Source of the DNA: Schwartzia sp. (in: firmicutes)
Lineage (GTDB): Bacteria > Bacillota > Negativicutes > Selenomonadales > Selenomonadaceae
Direction: 5' to 3'
NCBI GenBank assembly: GCA_017444395.1
Contig: JAFSWT010000136.1
Location: 3,795 to 67,794 of the forward strand
DNA: 64,000 bases
Below the pieces are notes generated by a model. The model ran no database searches. It was not told the DNA's origin and saw nothing but the letters and a program-made list of their open reading frames with translations. A program made the translations under genes and the position numbers. Of this stretch, positions 8,462-18,371 are shown piece by piece (positions within the stretch are counted from its first letter, which is position 1; each line of letters begins with the position of its first letter).

Positions 8462-9982
8462 TTACCAATCCCCGCGGTCCTGTTGTCCCGCCATCTCCCG
8501 GAAGAAACGGGCCCGGGCGGGATTCGCGGGCACTTCCCGTCCTTCCGCGTAAATGGTCGCCAGAGACCGGATCGCGTCCTCATTCCCCTGCGCCGCCGCT
8601 TTTTCCAGCCAGCCGACGCCTTCCTCGGGATTTCTCCCGACGCCGATGCCTCGCAGGAGAAGGATTCCCAGCGCGTTCTGGCTCGCCGGATTGCCTTCTT
8701 CCGCCGCCTCCCGGTACCATTGAACCGCCTGCGCCATATCCGGCTTCGTTCCCCGGCCGTGCTCCAGGGCGTACGCCAGATGGAATTTGGCCTTCAGGAA
8801 CCCTTTCTGCGCCAGTTCCCGGAATAGCCGGAACGCCTGCCGCAAGTCTTTTTTCGTGCCCCAGCCTTCCTCGTAGTAAAAGGCCATCTGGTACTCCAAC
8901 TCCGGATAAACAGAGGGTACGTTCCGCTTCAGAACCTGAAACGCCTGCCGGGGATTCGCCCGGACGCCGATGCCATGACGGTACAGCTTCGCCAGCAGCA
9001 ACGCGGCCTCGGGAAGGCCCTCGGCTTCCGCCAGCTTCGCCAGACGGAAAGCCTCTTTCTCGTTCTTCGGAAAATACTTCGTCCCGGTCAAATAGTCCAC
9101 GGCCACGAGGAACATGGAATGGGGGTCGCCTTCTTCCGCGCTCTTCTTCCGGTACTGCGCCGCCAGTGCCTCATCCGGCCCGGTACCGCGTCCCTGCCGG
9201 TAATACTCCGCCAGAACGGACGCGATATCGTCCGCGCCGGCCGCCTCCGCCTCCTTCGCCCAGCGGAACCCCTCTTCCGGGCTGACCCCGTCGTCATCCT
9301 CCGACAGCCCCAGATCCGCCATGCTCCACATTGCCCCAGGATGTCCCAACTCCGCCGCCCGCCGCAGCCAGACGATGTGCTTTTCTTTATCCTCTGTTGG
9401 CGCGAAACGGTAGTGCGTCGCCAGATCCATCGCGGATTCCGGATCCCCCTGTTCCGCCGCGGCGGTAAGCCAGCGTATCCTCCCCTCTTCCGCGTTACCA
9501 CGCCGGCAGAGAAACGCCAGATCCTTCTGCGCCGACAGGAGTCCCCGCTCCGCCGCCGTCTGCATCAACCGCTTCACTTCCCGGAATGACTCTTCCGTCA
9601 GCGACTCCCGGTACAGCAGCACACTCCGGATATAGAAAGAAACGCTCTCATCGGGATTCTCCCCGGCATATTCCTTCAACGGCGCTACCAGCTGGTCAAA
9701 AAGTCCCTTCCAGAGAGCCATCTCTTTTTCGTCCAGATAATGCATTTCCTCCCCGATCAGGAGATAGCCCCGGCCCCAGAAGGCGAACGCCGCCGCTTCC
9801 TCCAGGCGCCGTGGGTCGTCCATCGCCAGCGTGTCCAGAATATGACGAACCTTTTGACGGTATTCCGGCAGAAATAAATCCTTGCCCCGATTGTCCGGCC
9901 GTACCGTCAAAAGCCTTTCCAACGCGGCGTTCACCGGATCCACCCATTTCGTCGTTCCCAAATCGCCAATCCTCCCATGCAT
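8462..9982 (-). CDS. Sel1-like (SLR/TPR) repeat protein
   Basis: Repeated AAEQGDPESAM, AAELGHPGAMW, AAEEGDPHSMF and AAEEGNPASQNALG units. The start is uncertain. I chose MHGRIG, which sits 4 nt after a TATACT box and so may be leaderless. Confidence 0.7.
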   Translation of the reverse strand: MHGRIGDLGTTKWVDPVNAALERLLTVRPDNRGKDLFLPEYRQKVRHILDTLAMDDPRRLEEAAAFAFWGRGYLLIGEEMHYLDEKEMALWKGLFDQLVAPLKEYAGENPDESVSFYIRSVLLYRESLTEESFREVKRLMQTAAERGLLSAQKDLAFLCRRGNAEEGRIRWLTAAAEQGDPESAMDLATHYRFAPTEDKEKHIVWLRRAAELGHPGAMWSMADLGLSEDDDGVSPEEGFRWAKEAEAAGADDIASVLAEYYRQGRGTGPDEALAAQYRKKSAEEGDPHSMFLVAVDYLTGTKYFPKNEKEAFRLAKLAEAEGLPEAALLLAKLYRHGIGVRANPRQAFQVLKRNVPSVYPELEYQMAFYYEEGWGTKKDLRQAFRLFRELAQKGFLKAKFHLAYALEHGRGTKPDMAQAVQWYREAAEEGNPASQNALGILLLRGIGVGRNPEEGVGWLEKAAAQGNEDAIRSLATIYAEGREVPANPARARFFREMAGQQDRGDW

Positions 9983-10161
9983 ACAGTATAATCTTTTCTT
10001 TCTATAATAACGGAAAAAACGGGAATGTGCAATGATTTTCGCCGGAGAAAAGGGCGCGAGAATTGAGTTATGTGGAAAAATGTGATACACTATGGGATTA
10101 GGAACCCCGGGGCCGGGCGAAACGGATCCCGGGCAAGCAAAGCGCATGAGGGGGAGCGGGC

Positions 10162-10956
10162 ATGAAGTATTTTATGGTGGACGCCTTTACCGACCGCGTC
10201 TTTGGCGGCGGCCCGGCGGGAATCGCGGTGGTGGGCCGCTGGCCCGCCGACGCGGTGATGCGGGAAATCGCCCGGGAAACGAATCTCCCGGCAACGATCT
10301 TTTTGCAGGCCCGGGCCGACCGCGACTATGACCTGCGCGCCTTCCTGCCGGGGGGCGAGGTCCCACTCTGCGGCCACGGCACGCTGGCGGCGGCCTTCTG
10401 CCTGTTCCGCTTCCTCGATCCGGGCCGGGAAAAAGCGGCCTTCCATACGAAGCGGGGGCTGATTCCGGTGACGAAGGAGGCCGGCGGCTGGATTTCGCTG
10501 ACGATGCCCGCCATTCCGGTGCAGCCGGTGGAAAATACGCCGGCGATGGTGGAGGCGCTGGACATCGAGCCCGCCGGGGCGTATTTCGGCGAGCAGTACC
10601 TGTTCCTCTTTGAGCGTGAGGAGGAAGTGGCGGCGCTGACGCCGGATTTCGCGGCGCTGGCGGCGCTGCCCGAGGGCCAGGGCGCATTCGTTGCCGCTCC
10701 CGCCGCCGCGTCAGGCTATGACATCGTCTGCCGCGCCTTCTGGCCGAAGCTCGGCGTGAACGAGGACCCCGTCTGCGGCGTCATGCACTGCCACCTGTTC
10801 CCGCTTTGGGCGACGCGCATGGGCAAGGCGGATCTCGTCTCCCGCCAGCTCTCGCCCCGCGGCGCCACGGTGCGCGGCAGCGTGCAGGGCGCCAACGTCG
10901 TCCTGCGCGGACAGGCGGCGCTGTTCCAAAAGGGCGAAATTTTCGCCGGCGAGTAA
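10162..10956 (+). CDS. PhzF family isomerase
   Basis: 264 aa. It has MKYFMVDAFTDRVFGGGPAGI and LCGHGTLAAA motifs. Confidence 0.85.
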   Translation: MKYFMVDAFTDRVFGGGPAGIAVVGRWPADAVMREIARETNLPATIFLQARADRDYDLRAFLPGGEVPLCGHGTLAAAFCLFRFLDPGREKAAFHTKRGLIPVTKEAGGWISLTMPAIPVQPVENTPAMVEALDIEPAGAYFGEQYLFLFEREEEVAALTPDFAALAALPEGQGAFVAAPAAASGYDIVCRAFWPKLGVNEDPVCGVMHCHLFPLWATRMGKADLVSRQLSPRGATVRGSVQGANVVLRGQAALFQKGEIFAGE

Positions 10957-10977
10957 TACAAGGAGGCAGAACACGCG

Positions 10978-11460
10978 ATGTCATACGAGGGCGTGAAGGC
11001 GTACTTCGAGGCGGCCGGCCTCGGCGACCGGGTGACGGTGCAGGCCCAGGCCGCGGATACGGTGGAGCACGCCGCCCAGGCCATCGGCTGCCGGCCGGAG
11101 GAGATCGCCAAGTCCATGCTGTTCCTGGTGGGCGGCCAGCCCGTCATCATCGTCATGGCCGGCGACGCCAGGGTGAACAGCAGCAAATTCAAGGCGGCGT
11201 TCCACGCGAAGCCGGTCTTCGTCCCGCTGGCGGAGGTCCCGGCGCAGACGGGCCATGTGCCCGGCGGCGTCTGCCCCTTCGCGCTGAAAGAGGGCGTCGC
11301 CGTCTATCTTGACGCGTCCCTGCGGCGGTTCGCCGAGGTCCACGCCGCCGCCGGCAGCCCCGAAAGCACGGTGCGCCTGTCGCTGGCCGAGCTGGAGCAG
11401 CACGCCGCCCCCAAAGGCTGGGTGGATGTCGCCAGGGGCTGGCAGGGCGCCGGGGCGTGA
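10978..11460 (+). CDS. YbaK/EbsC-type aminoacyl-tRNA deacylase domain protein
   Basis: 160 aa. It has SMLFLVGGQPVIIVMAGDARVN and GGVCPF motifs, with RBS AAGGAGG upstream. Confidence 0.8.
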   Translation: MSYEGVKAYFEAAGLGDRVTVQAQAADTVEHAAQAIGCRPEEIAKSMLFLVGGQPVIIVMAGDARVNSSKFKAAFHAKPVFVPLAEVPAQTGHVPGGVCPFALKEGVAVYLDASLRRFAEVHAAAGSPESTVRLSLAELEQHAAPKGWVDVARGWQGAGA

Positions 11461-11785
11461 GTTGGGCCGGAAAGCGGCGGAACCAGTCAACAGTTCAACC
11501 ATACAGAAACAGGGCAATCGCATTCGTTTTTCGCAATTCTGGCAGCGGCAAAAAATCCCCACCCCGCCGAACCCCTTTTCTGGCAAGGGATGAAGCCCTC
11601 GCAAGACAAGCGGGCAAAAAATCAAAACAAAAATATTTTTGTTGTGATTTTTTCCGGGGGACAGATTGAGAGGTCGCCAGGCCTTTTGTGATATGGGTTC
11701 CGGACAATGGGCGTATTTTTCCCGACGCCAAAATTCGTGAAGCTAAACGCGGTTGCCCTGCCTACAAAAAAGGAGCGTGTTTTTC

Positions 11786-12187
11786 ATGAAAGATGTTGTT
11801 GAGGTACTGCAGGCCAGCCATGTGTTCTTCGTGGCGACGGAGGGCGGCGGCGCCCCCCATGTGCGCCCCTTCGGCGCCGTCGTGCGCCATGACGGGCGCG
11901 TCTGGTTCTGCACCGGCGACAGGAAAGAAGTGGCGAAGCAGATCAAAGCCAACCCGAAAATCGCCATCGCGGCCATGGCGGCGGAACCGCCCCAGTGGGT
12001 GCGCATCACCGGCACGGCGGTCTTCGAGGAGAACCAGGGCGCTAAGGACGCCATGTTCGCCCACATGCCGCAACTGAAAGAAATGTACGCGAACCAGATG
12101 GACCAGTTCAAGGTGTTCTATCTGAAAGACGCCGCCGCGAAGCTCTGCCACATCGACGGCTCGACGGCGGAAGAGCTGGCGGTTTAG
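11786..12187 (+). CDS. Pyridoxamine 5'-phosphate oxidase-like FMN-binding protein
   Basis: Starts MKDVVEVLQASHVFFVATEGGGAPHVRPFG... with RBS AAGGAG upstream. Confidence 0.75.
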   Translation: MKDVVEVLQASHVFFVATEGGGAPHVRPFGAVVRHDGRVWFCTGDRKEVAKQIKANPKIAIAAMAAEPPQWVRITGTAVFEENQGAKDAMFAHMPQLKEMYANQMDQFKVFYLKDAAAKLCHIDGSTAEELAV

Positions 12188-12202
12188 CAGGAGGTGCGCG
12201 GT

Positions 12203-12565
12203 ATGATTCAGTTTGCCCATACGAATTTCAACGTACTGGACCTCAAGCGCAGCCTGGATTTCTATCGGGAGGCCCTGTCGCTGACCGAGACCCGGCGCAT
12301 CGAGGGAAGCGACTTCACCATCGTATACCTCGAAGACCCGGCGAAGAGCGGGTATCTGCTGGAGCTCACCTGGAACTGGGACCGCAAGGAGCCCTATGAC
12401 CTGGGAGAGAGCGAGTTTCATCTGGCCTTCTTCGCCGACGATTTCGACGCGATGCACGAGAAGCACCGGAAGATGGGCTGCATCTGCTATGAGAACCCGG
12501 CGATGGGCATCTATTTCATCAAAGACCCCGACGGCTACTGGCTGGAAGTCCTGCCAAAGAAGTAA
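12203..12565 (+). CDS. VOC family protein / lactoylglutathione lyase-like
   Basis: It has MIQFAHTNFNVLDLKRSLDFY...EFHLAF...DPDGYWLEV motifs, with RBS AGGAGG 8 nt upstream. Confidence 0.8.
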   Translation: MIQFAHTNFNVLDLKRSLDFYREALSLTETRRIEGSDFTIVYLEDPAKSGYLLELTWNWDRKEPYDLGESEFHLAFFADDFDAMHEKHRKMGCICYENPAMGIYFIKDPDGYWLEVLPKK

Positions 12566-12584
12566 CCCGCCGGGACAAACGCCA

Positions 12585-12623
12585 GGGGCTTTCTCCGTTA
12601 TCCCAGGGAGAAAGCCCTTTTTT
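12585..12623 (+). terminator. Rho-independent terminator
   Basis: GGGGCTTTCTCC-loop-GGAGAAAGCCC-TTTTTT. Confidence 0.75.
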
Positions 12624-12676
12624 CCGCCCGGCGGAATCCTCCGGAAACCCCATCCAATGAAAGAGAGGCTGTCCCC

Positions 12677-14617
12677 ATGCTGACCATCGCTCTGGCCCAA
12701 ATCCCGGTCATCCCCGGCCACCCGGACAAGAACACCGCCACCATCCTGCGCTCTATCGGCGACGCCCGAAGCGCCGGCGCCGACCTCGTCATCTTCCCCG
12801 AGATGGCCGTCCCCGGCTACCTTTTGGGCGACGTCTGGGAGCAGCCGGCCTTCCTCGACGACTGCGCCGCCTGCGGGCAGGAAATCATCGACGCCGCCAT
12901 GGGCATCACCGTCATGTTCGGCAACGTCGCCCTGGACCGCGAGAAGCGCAACCCCGACGGCCGCGTCCGCAAATACAACGCCTTTTTCACCGCTCAGGAC
13001 GGCTTCCTGATCGGCCCCGACGATATGCCCTACCCCTTCGCCATCAAGACGCTGCTCCCCAACTACCGCGAGTTCGACGACAGCCGTTACTTCTTCAGCC
13101 TGCCGCAGCTTGCCGCCGAGCTGGGAAAAGCCCCGGAGGACCTCCTGTCGCCGGTGCGCTTCACCGTGCGGGGCCAGCGTTACAGCATCGGCTGCCTGCT
13201 CTGCGAGGACGGTTGGAGCGACGACTACGGCCTCTCCCCCTTCGCCGCCATCGGCCAGAAAGGGCCGGTGGACTTCTTCGTCAACATCTCCGCCTCCCCT
13301 TACACTTTGGGAAAAAACGGCAAACGCCACCGCGTTTTCGGCCGGGAAGCGAAGGAAAGCGGCGCCCCAGTCCTCTACGTCAACAACATCGGTCTCCAGG
13401 ACAACGGCAAGACCGTCTATACCTTCGACGGTGCCAGCGCCGTCTATGACCGTCAGGGTGCCCTGCGCCGATCAATGAAGCCCTTCGCGCCGGGCCTCGA
13501 TGTCTTCGCCCTCGGCGCCATCGGGGACAGCCCTGTCATCGAGCCACCGGCGGACGACGGCATCGCCGGCATTTATCAGGCCCTTTCCTTCGGCGTCCGG
13601 GAATTTCTGGCCCGCATCGGCATGAAGCGCGTCGTCGTCGGCGTCTCCGGCGGCATCGACTCCGCCGTCACCGCCGCCCTCTACGCCGGCGCCATCGGCC
13701 CCGAAAACCTCCTGCTGGTGAACATGCCCAGCCGTTTCAACTCCGACACCACCAAAGACCTGGCCCGGTCGCTGGCAAAAAACCTCGGCTGCCGCTACGC
13801 CGTGGCCCCGATTCAGGAATCCGTCGAGCACACCATCCGCCAGATTGAGGAAACGCCCTTCACCGACCTCGCCCATGGCGATGAGAAGCGCCTGACCCTC
13901 TCACCGCTGGCCATCGAGAACATCCAGGCCCGGGACCGCTCCTCCCGGCTTCTGGCCGGCTTCGCGGCCGCGTTTGGCGGCGGCTTCACCTGCAACGCCA
14001 ACAAAGCCGAAACCACCGTCGGTTACTCCACCCTCTACGGCGACCAGAGCGGTTTCCTGGCGGCGCTGGGCGACCTCTGGAAGCACCAGGTCTATGACCT
14101 AGCCCGCTACCTCAACGAAACCGTCTATGGCCGCGAGGTCATTCCCGCCGCCTCCCTGACCATCGTCCCCAGCGCCGAACTCTCCGACGCCCAGGACGTG
14201 GACCGGGGCCAGGGCGATCCCCTGCGCTACCCCTACCACGACTACCTCTTCCGCGCCTTCATCGAGCGCTGGCAAAAAGCCGCCCCCGAAGACATCCTTC
14301 AATGGTACGCCGACGGCACCCTGGAGCAGCAGATCGGCTGCGCCCCCGGCCTCGTCGCTCAATACTTCCCCACCCCGGCCGATTTCATCGCCGACCTCGA
14401 ACGCTGGTGGAACCAATTCTGCGGCCTCGCCGTCGCCAAGCGCCTCCAGGCCCCGCCCATCCTGGCCATCAGCCGCCGCGCCTACGGCTTCGACCACCGC
14501 GAAGCCCAAAACGGCCCCTACTACACAAAAAAATACCGCGCCCTCAAAGCGCGGCTTCTGAAAACGACCATCCATCCTCTCCCCTCGGAAGGAACCGGTG
14601 CCTCAATTCCCGGCTGA
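12677..14617 (+). CDS. nadE: Glutamine-dependent NAD+ synthetase (nitrilase domain + NAD synthase domain)
   Basis: 646 aa. The N-terminal CN-hydrolase domain has LVIFPEMAVPGY. The C-terminal PP-loop is VVVGVSGGIDSAV. Confidence 0.9.
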   Translation: MLTIALAQIPVIPGHPDKNTATILRSIGDARSAGADLVIFPEMAVPGYLLGDVWEQPAFLDDCAACGQEIIDAAMGITVMFGNVALDREKRNPDGRVRKYNAFFTAQDGFLIGPDDMPYPFAIKTLLPNYREFDDSRYFFSLPQLAAELGKAPEDLLSPVRFTVRGQRYSIGCLLCEDGWSDDYGLSPFAAIGQKGPVDFFVNISASPYTLGKNGKRHRVFGREAKESGAPVLYVNNIGLQDNGKTVYTFDGASAVYDRQGALRRSMKPFAPGLDVFALGAIGDSPVIEPPADDGIAGIYQALSFGVREFLARIGMKRVVVGVSGGIDSAVTAALYAGAIGPENLLLVNMPSRFNSDTTKDLARSLAKNLGCRYAVAPIQESVEHTIRQIEETPFTDLAHGDEKRLTLSPLAIENIQARDRSSRLLAGFAAAFGGGFTCNANKAETTVGYSTLYGDQSGFLAALGDLWKHQVYDLARYLNETVYGREVIPAASLTIVPSAELSDAQDVDRGQGDPLRYPYHDYLFRAFIERWQKAAPEDILQWYADGTLEQQIGCAPGLVAQYFPTPADFIADLERWWNQFCGLAVAKRLQAPPILAISRRAYGFDHREAQNGPYYTKKYRALKARLLKTTIHPLPSEGTGASIPG

Positions 14618-15398
14618 AAGTCGCCAAAATCCAGTAATATTTCTGATACGATAACAAAATAACATTTCCGTTTGACGGTGCTCCGGGACGTTCCGGGAAA
14701 TTATTCATCCCCCTCTATTTTCTCAAATTGCCACCGGGAACACCTTGTTTGGAACAATAGTTCTCGTTTTCCCCAACCGCCGGTTTCGTATAAATATCTC
14801 CGTATTGCGCGAACAAAAGTAAATAAAATCACAAAAACAGCGTTTCCGGAAAAATGCCATCAACTCTTTATTTTATATAGGTTTGGCGTCAATCCGCATC
14901 CAATTGTGATGAGATTGAAAATCTTAAATACTGTAATAAAATATTTTTTGATTCTATGTCAATCCCATCATGGCTGCGCAATCATATCCATCTTCCCCTC
15001 CCCCCATCGCCAAACAAAAAACGTCCCTGACCGAACGGCTGATTTATTCAACGTCGGGCAGGGGCGTCCTTTTTTTGCTCGTGAGTGATTCCTTGTTTCC
15101 CTTTGTTACAATTTTTCTACGATATAAGCAGAATCCGCAAACATTTATCCGTGCTTCGACTGGCAGATAGCAACGGCGTCTTTTCCCCCAATAAAAAACT
15201 CCCCGCCTGTCCGTCGGCCGGGAGAACAATTTCTCGATTCATTTTTCTTTTGTACGAGGAGCCAGACACCGGCAAGGGTTTGCCAGTGTCTTTTTGCGCG
15301 GCCGGGCGCCGTAGCGCCCGGGAAAGGGCTTTCCCCGGTAAGGGGCCCCTTTGTTATGGTTGGTTCTTCCTGCTCGTCAGGGCTATCCGAAATCCGCG

Positions 15399-16394
15399 TC
15401 AGAATATCCAGAGGACGATCTGGTAGACCGCCGAGCCCAAAAGCGCGGTGCAGGGAATCGTCATGACCCAGGCCATGAGCATCTGCTGGGCTACACCCCA
15501 GCGGACGGCCCGGATACGCTTGGCGGTGCCGACGCCCATGATGGAGCCGGAGACGACGTGGGTCGTGCTGACCGGCAGGTGCAGCAGCGTGGCCGAGAAG
15601 ATGACGAGGGAGGAATTGAGGTCGGCAGCGAAGCCGCTGATGGGCTCCAGCTTGAAGATCTTGCCGCCGATGGTTTTGATGATGCGCCAGCCGCCGGTGG
15701 CCGTACCGATGGCCATGGCTACCGCCGCCATCATTTTCACGTAAAAGGGAACCTCAAAGACGTCGATGTAGCCGCCGCTCAGCAGCGCCAGAGTGATGAT
15801 GCCCATGGATTTCTGGGCGTCGTTGGAGCCGTGGGAAAAGGCCATCGAGGCCGCCGAGAGGAGCTGCATCTTCTTGAACCGCTCGTTCAGGATATGCGGT
15901 GAACATCGGCCAAAAATCAGGTACAGGATGCGCATGACGATATAGCCGGAGAGGATGGCGATGACCGGCGAGGCAATCAACGACAGGACGATGCGCCCGA
16001 TACCGTAGAAATTCAGGCCGCTCTCGCCGACGGCAACCATCACGGCGCCGATGAGCCCGCCCACCAAGGCGTGGGAGGAGCTGCTGGGCATCGCCATCCA
16101 CCAGGTGACGATATTCCAGACGATGGCACCGGCCAGAGCGGCGATGATGACGTGTTCGTCCACATGGACGGCGGAACTCACGATGTCGGCACCGATGGTC
16201 TTGGCGACGCCGGTGGAGTACATGGCCCCGAGGAAGTTCAGCACCGCCGCCATCATGATCGCGTGGTTGGGCGCGATGGCCCGGGTCGAGACCGAGGTGG
16301 CGATGGCGTTGGCCGTGTCGTGAAAGCCGTTGATGAAGTCGAACACCAGAGCCAGGCCGATGACCGTGAACATCATGATCTGCAGCTCAGGCAT
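15399..16394 (-). CDS. pit: Inorganic phosphate transporter, PiT family
   Basis: 331 aa. It has FDFINGFHDTANAIATSV and FSHGSNDAQK motifs. Confidence 0.9.
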   Translation of the reverse strand: MPELQIMMFTVIGLALVFDFINGFHDTANAIATSVSTRAIAPNHAIMMAAVLNFLGAMYSTGVAKTIGADIVSSAVHVDEHVIIAALAGAIVWNIVTWWMAMPSSSSHALVGGLIGAVMVAVGESGLNFYGIGRIVLSLIASPVIAILSGYIVMRILYLIFGRCSPHILNERFKKMQLLSAASMAFSHGSNDAQKSMGIITLALLSGGYIDVFEVPFYVKMMAAVAMAIGTATGGWRIIKTIGGKIFKLEPISGFAADLNSSLVIFSATLLHLPVSTTHVVSGSIMGVGTAKRIRAVRWGVAQQMLMAWVMTIPCTALLGSAVYQIVLWIF

Positions 16395-17013
16395 ATTTCA
16401 TCACCACGCCGCGGATCATGTCGGAGATGTCCTCGCAGTGATCCATCGTGTCCTCCAGGTTCTCCAGGATGTCCTTCCACTTGATGAGGTCGATGGGATC
16501 CTTCACGTTGTCGAAGAGATTGGCAATCTCCTGGCGATAGACGCGATCCCCCTCGCTCTCCAGCTTGCTGATCTTGTGGGTGGTCTCCAGGAGCTGCACC
16601 CGGTTCTTCTTGATGTCCTTCAGCAGGGAGAACGCTTTGATGATCTCCTGCGTCGCCTCCAGCAGCAGCTTCGTCATCGCCGCCGCCCCCTCCTTGACGG
16701 GACCGGCCCGGTATATCACGATTCGCTGCAGCGTGCCCTGAAGGAAATCCACGCCGTCATCGAGGCCGTTGGCCAACGCATAGATGTCTTCGCGGTCAAT
16801 CGGCGTGATGAATGTTTGGTTCAAGCGGTCAAGAATCTTGTCGTTGACAGCGTCGGCCTCATGCTCGAGGTCGATGATGATCTTCATCTTCGCGTCCGCG
16901 GTCGAAGAGTCCTGCATGACCTCGTCCATGACCAGCGCGCCCTTGTAGAAATACTCGGCGCTCTCCACGAAGAGATCGAAGAACTCATTGTTCTTGTTCT
17001 GGAAGTTAAACAT
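16387..17013 (-). CDS. DUF47 family protein (PhoU-like Pit accessory protein)
   Basis: 208 aa. It overlaps the pit start by 8 nt, which is the classical DUF47-Pit pair. Confidence 0.85.
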   Translation of the reverse strand: MFNFQNKNNEFFDLFVESAEYFYKGALVMDEVMQDSSTADAKMKIIIDLEHEADAVNDKILDRLNQTFITPIDREDIYALANGLDDGVDFLQGTLQRIVIYRAGPVKEGAAAMTKLLLEATQEIIKAFSLLKDIKKNRVQLLETTHKISKLESEGDRVYRQEIANLFDNVKDPIDLIKWKDILENLEDTMDHCEDISDMIRGVVMKYA

Positions 17014-17321
17014 GGGATCCTCCTGCTCACACTGTACCCCAATCCGAACATCCCATCGGTCTTTCTCTGTCGGGTCCCTGCTCTACTATATCATTATTTT
17101 TCCGATTCTTCAATGCTCTTTTTCTTGGGACAATACAGGCGTTCCGTTATAACGCCTTCGATCCGGTTTTGCCGTAGGCAAAACCTCCTCTGCCGACGTT
17201 TCAACGAGGCGCGAGATATGCTCGCCGCCTGTTATTTGCTCATCTTCTCTCCCCTAAGAAGCGGGGGACATCTTTCCCTCGTTATGAGGAGCCAACCCAC
17301 GCCGCCGCGCTTTCCGCCAGC

Positions 17322-17576
17322 CTATCGCTTGCGGTCGAGCATCGCCACCAGATCGTCGTAGTCCTTTTTCATCTGGCTGTACTCCTCGGCGATTTGAAGT
17401 GCCGCCAGCACACCGAGCCGCTGCCCGGAGAGATTCGTCGATTTCCGGGCGATTTCGCGCACCTTCTGATCGACGATTGCCGCCAGCCGCCGGATATGGG
17501 CCTCGTCCCCGTCCGTGATCAGCGGGTACTGCTCGCCGAATATCTCCACCATGACCTTTTTCTCCACGCACATCAC
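17322..17576 (-). CDS. zapA: Cell division protein ZapA
   Basis: The sequence VEIFGEQYPLITDGDEAHIRRLAAIVDQKVREIA...LGVLAALQIAEE is ZapA-like. It lies in the Firmicutes pheT-zapA neighbourhood. Confidence 0.75.
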   Translation of the reverse strand: MMCVEKKVMVEIFGEQYPLITDGDEAHIRRLAAIVDQKVREIARKSTNLSGQRLGVLAALQIAEEYSQMKKDYDDLVAMLDRKR

Positions 17577-17716
17577 CGCATCTTTCCTGTCGGTATGAAA
17601 GCCTCTTCTATTGTAATATATTCACGGAAAAAGCGCAAAATTTTTTTCCGCTCATCCTTCCGTCCGTCAAAAAGCGGCCGGCGAAAACTGCCGGGAATCA
17701 TTCGCGTGTTCAGGCA

Positions 17717-17745
17717 CAAAAAAAGTGGTTCATCTCGGAACCACT
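17717..17745 (-). terminator. Rho-independent terminator after the BrnA-like ORF
   Basis: The minus strand reads GTGGTTC-CGAGAT-GAACCAC-TTTTTTT. Confidence 0.7.
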
Positions 17746-17776
17746 GTAATGCCTCGGCGGCTGTTTCTTTCTATGT

Positions 17777-18016
17777 TTACATGGCCACTCTCTTATTGAG
17801 GGAGTGCGTCTGTTTGATTTCCTGTCCCTGTCCCGATATCTGCCCTGTAATCCCACCGAAACGGATGGGTTCCATCGCGGCCTTGACCGCCGCAATTTCT
17901 TCGTCGGTGATTTCCGGCATATCATCCGAAACCGTCTCTGGCGCGGCGGCAATCTCGGCAAGGATATCCATGCCGGGAGAATCGCCTTCATGAATCGTCA
18001 TTTGATGGATTGCCAT
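17777..18016 (-). CDS. BrnA-like antitoxin candidate, atypical or truncated
   Basis: It overlaps the 3' end of the BrnT-like gene. The DDMPEITDEEIAA segment resembles the BrnA N-terminal part, but I see no clear C-terminal ribbon-helix-helix. Confidence 0.4.
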   Translation of the reverse strand: MAIHQMTIHEGDSPGMDILAEIAAAPETVSDDMPEITDEEIAAVKAAMEPIRFGGITGQISGQGQEIKQTHSLNKRVAM

Positions 18017-18308
18017 AAAGATATACCTCCCTTTCCTTTTTCGTCGCCCGGCGGGCTGATATGAGCCGGATTACGTCCCCCCGTTCCGTATAAACGGCAA
18101 AGACAATCTTGCCTATCCTCCCCAGCGTCTTATACCTTTTCTCATTGACACTATGTTGTACGTCGAGCCACCATTTTCGATGGGGATCGGCAAAAACGTA
18201 GCAAGCGGCTTTCAGGCTTATCCCGTGTTTTCTGATGTTGATCTCGTTCTTTTCATCGTCCCATTGGATGATTTGCCCTCCAACCGTTCTTTCTTCATCC
18301 AAAGCCAT
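17988..18308 (-). CDS. brnT: BrnT family toxin (DUF497)
   Basis: 106 aa. The sequence FQWDDEKNEINIRKHGISLKAACYVFADP...IRLISARRATKKERE is typical of DUF497/BrnT. Confidence 0.75.
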   Translation of the reverse strand: MALDEERTVGGQIIQWDDEKNEINIRKHGISLKAACYVFADPHRKWWLDVQHSVNEKRYKTLGRIGKIVFAVYTERGDVIRLISARRATKKEREVYLYGNPSNDDS

Positions 18309-18371
18309 TCCCCCTTACCAATATTGTAGCATACAGACAGAAAAGATGCCACGTTTTATTACCCGCCCACC

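Noticed and set aside
9983-10147. A 55-aa N-terminal extension of the Sel1-repeat ORF.
   Set aside because: The extension runs through an AT-rich promoter-like region and has no RBS. A later ATG was chosen, with acknowledged uncertainty.
14672-15088. A 138-aa ORF inside the AT-rich nadE-pit spacer.
   Set aside because: It has no ribosome-binding site, its start codon is non-ATG, and its sequence has no protein-like periodicity. Terminator-like hairpins cross it. I treat it as non-coding.
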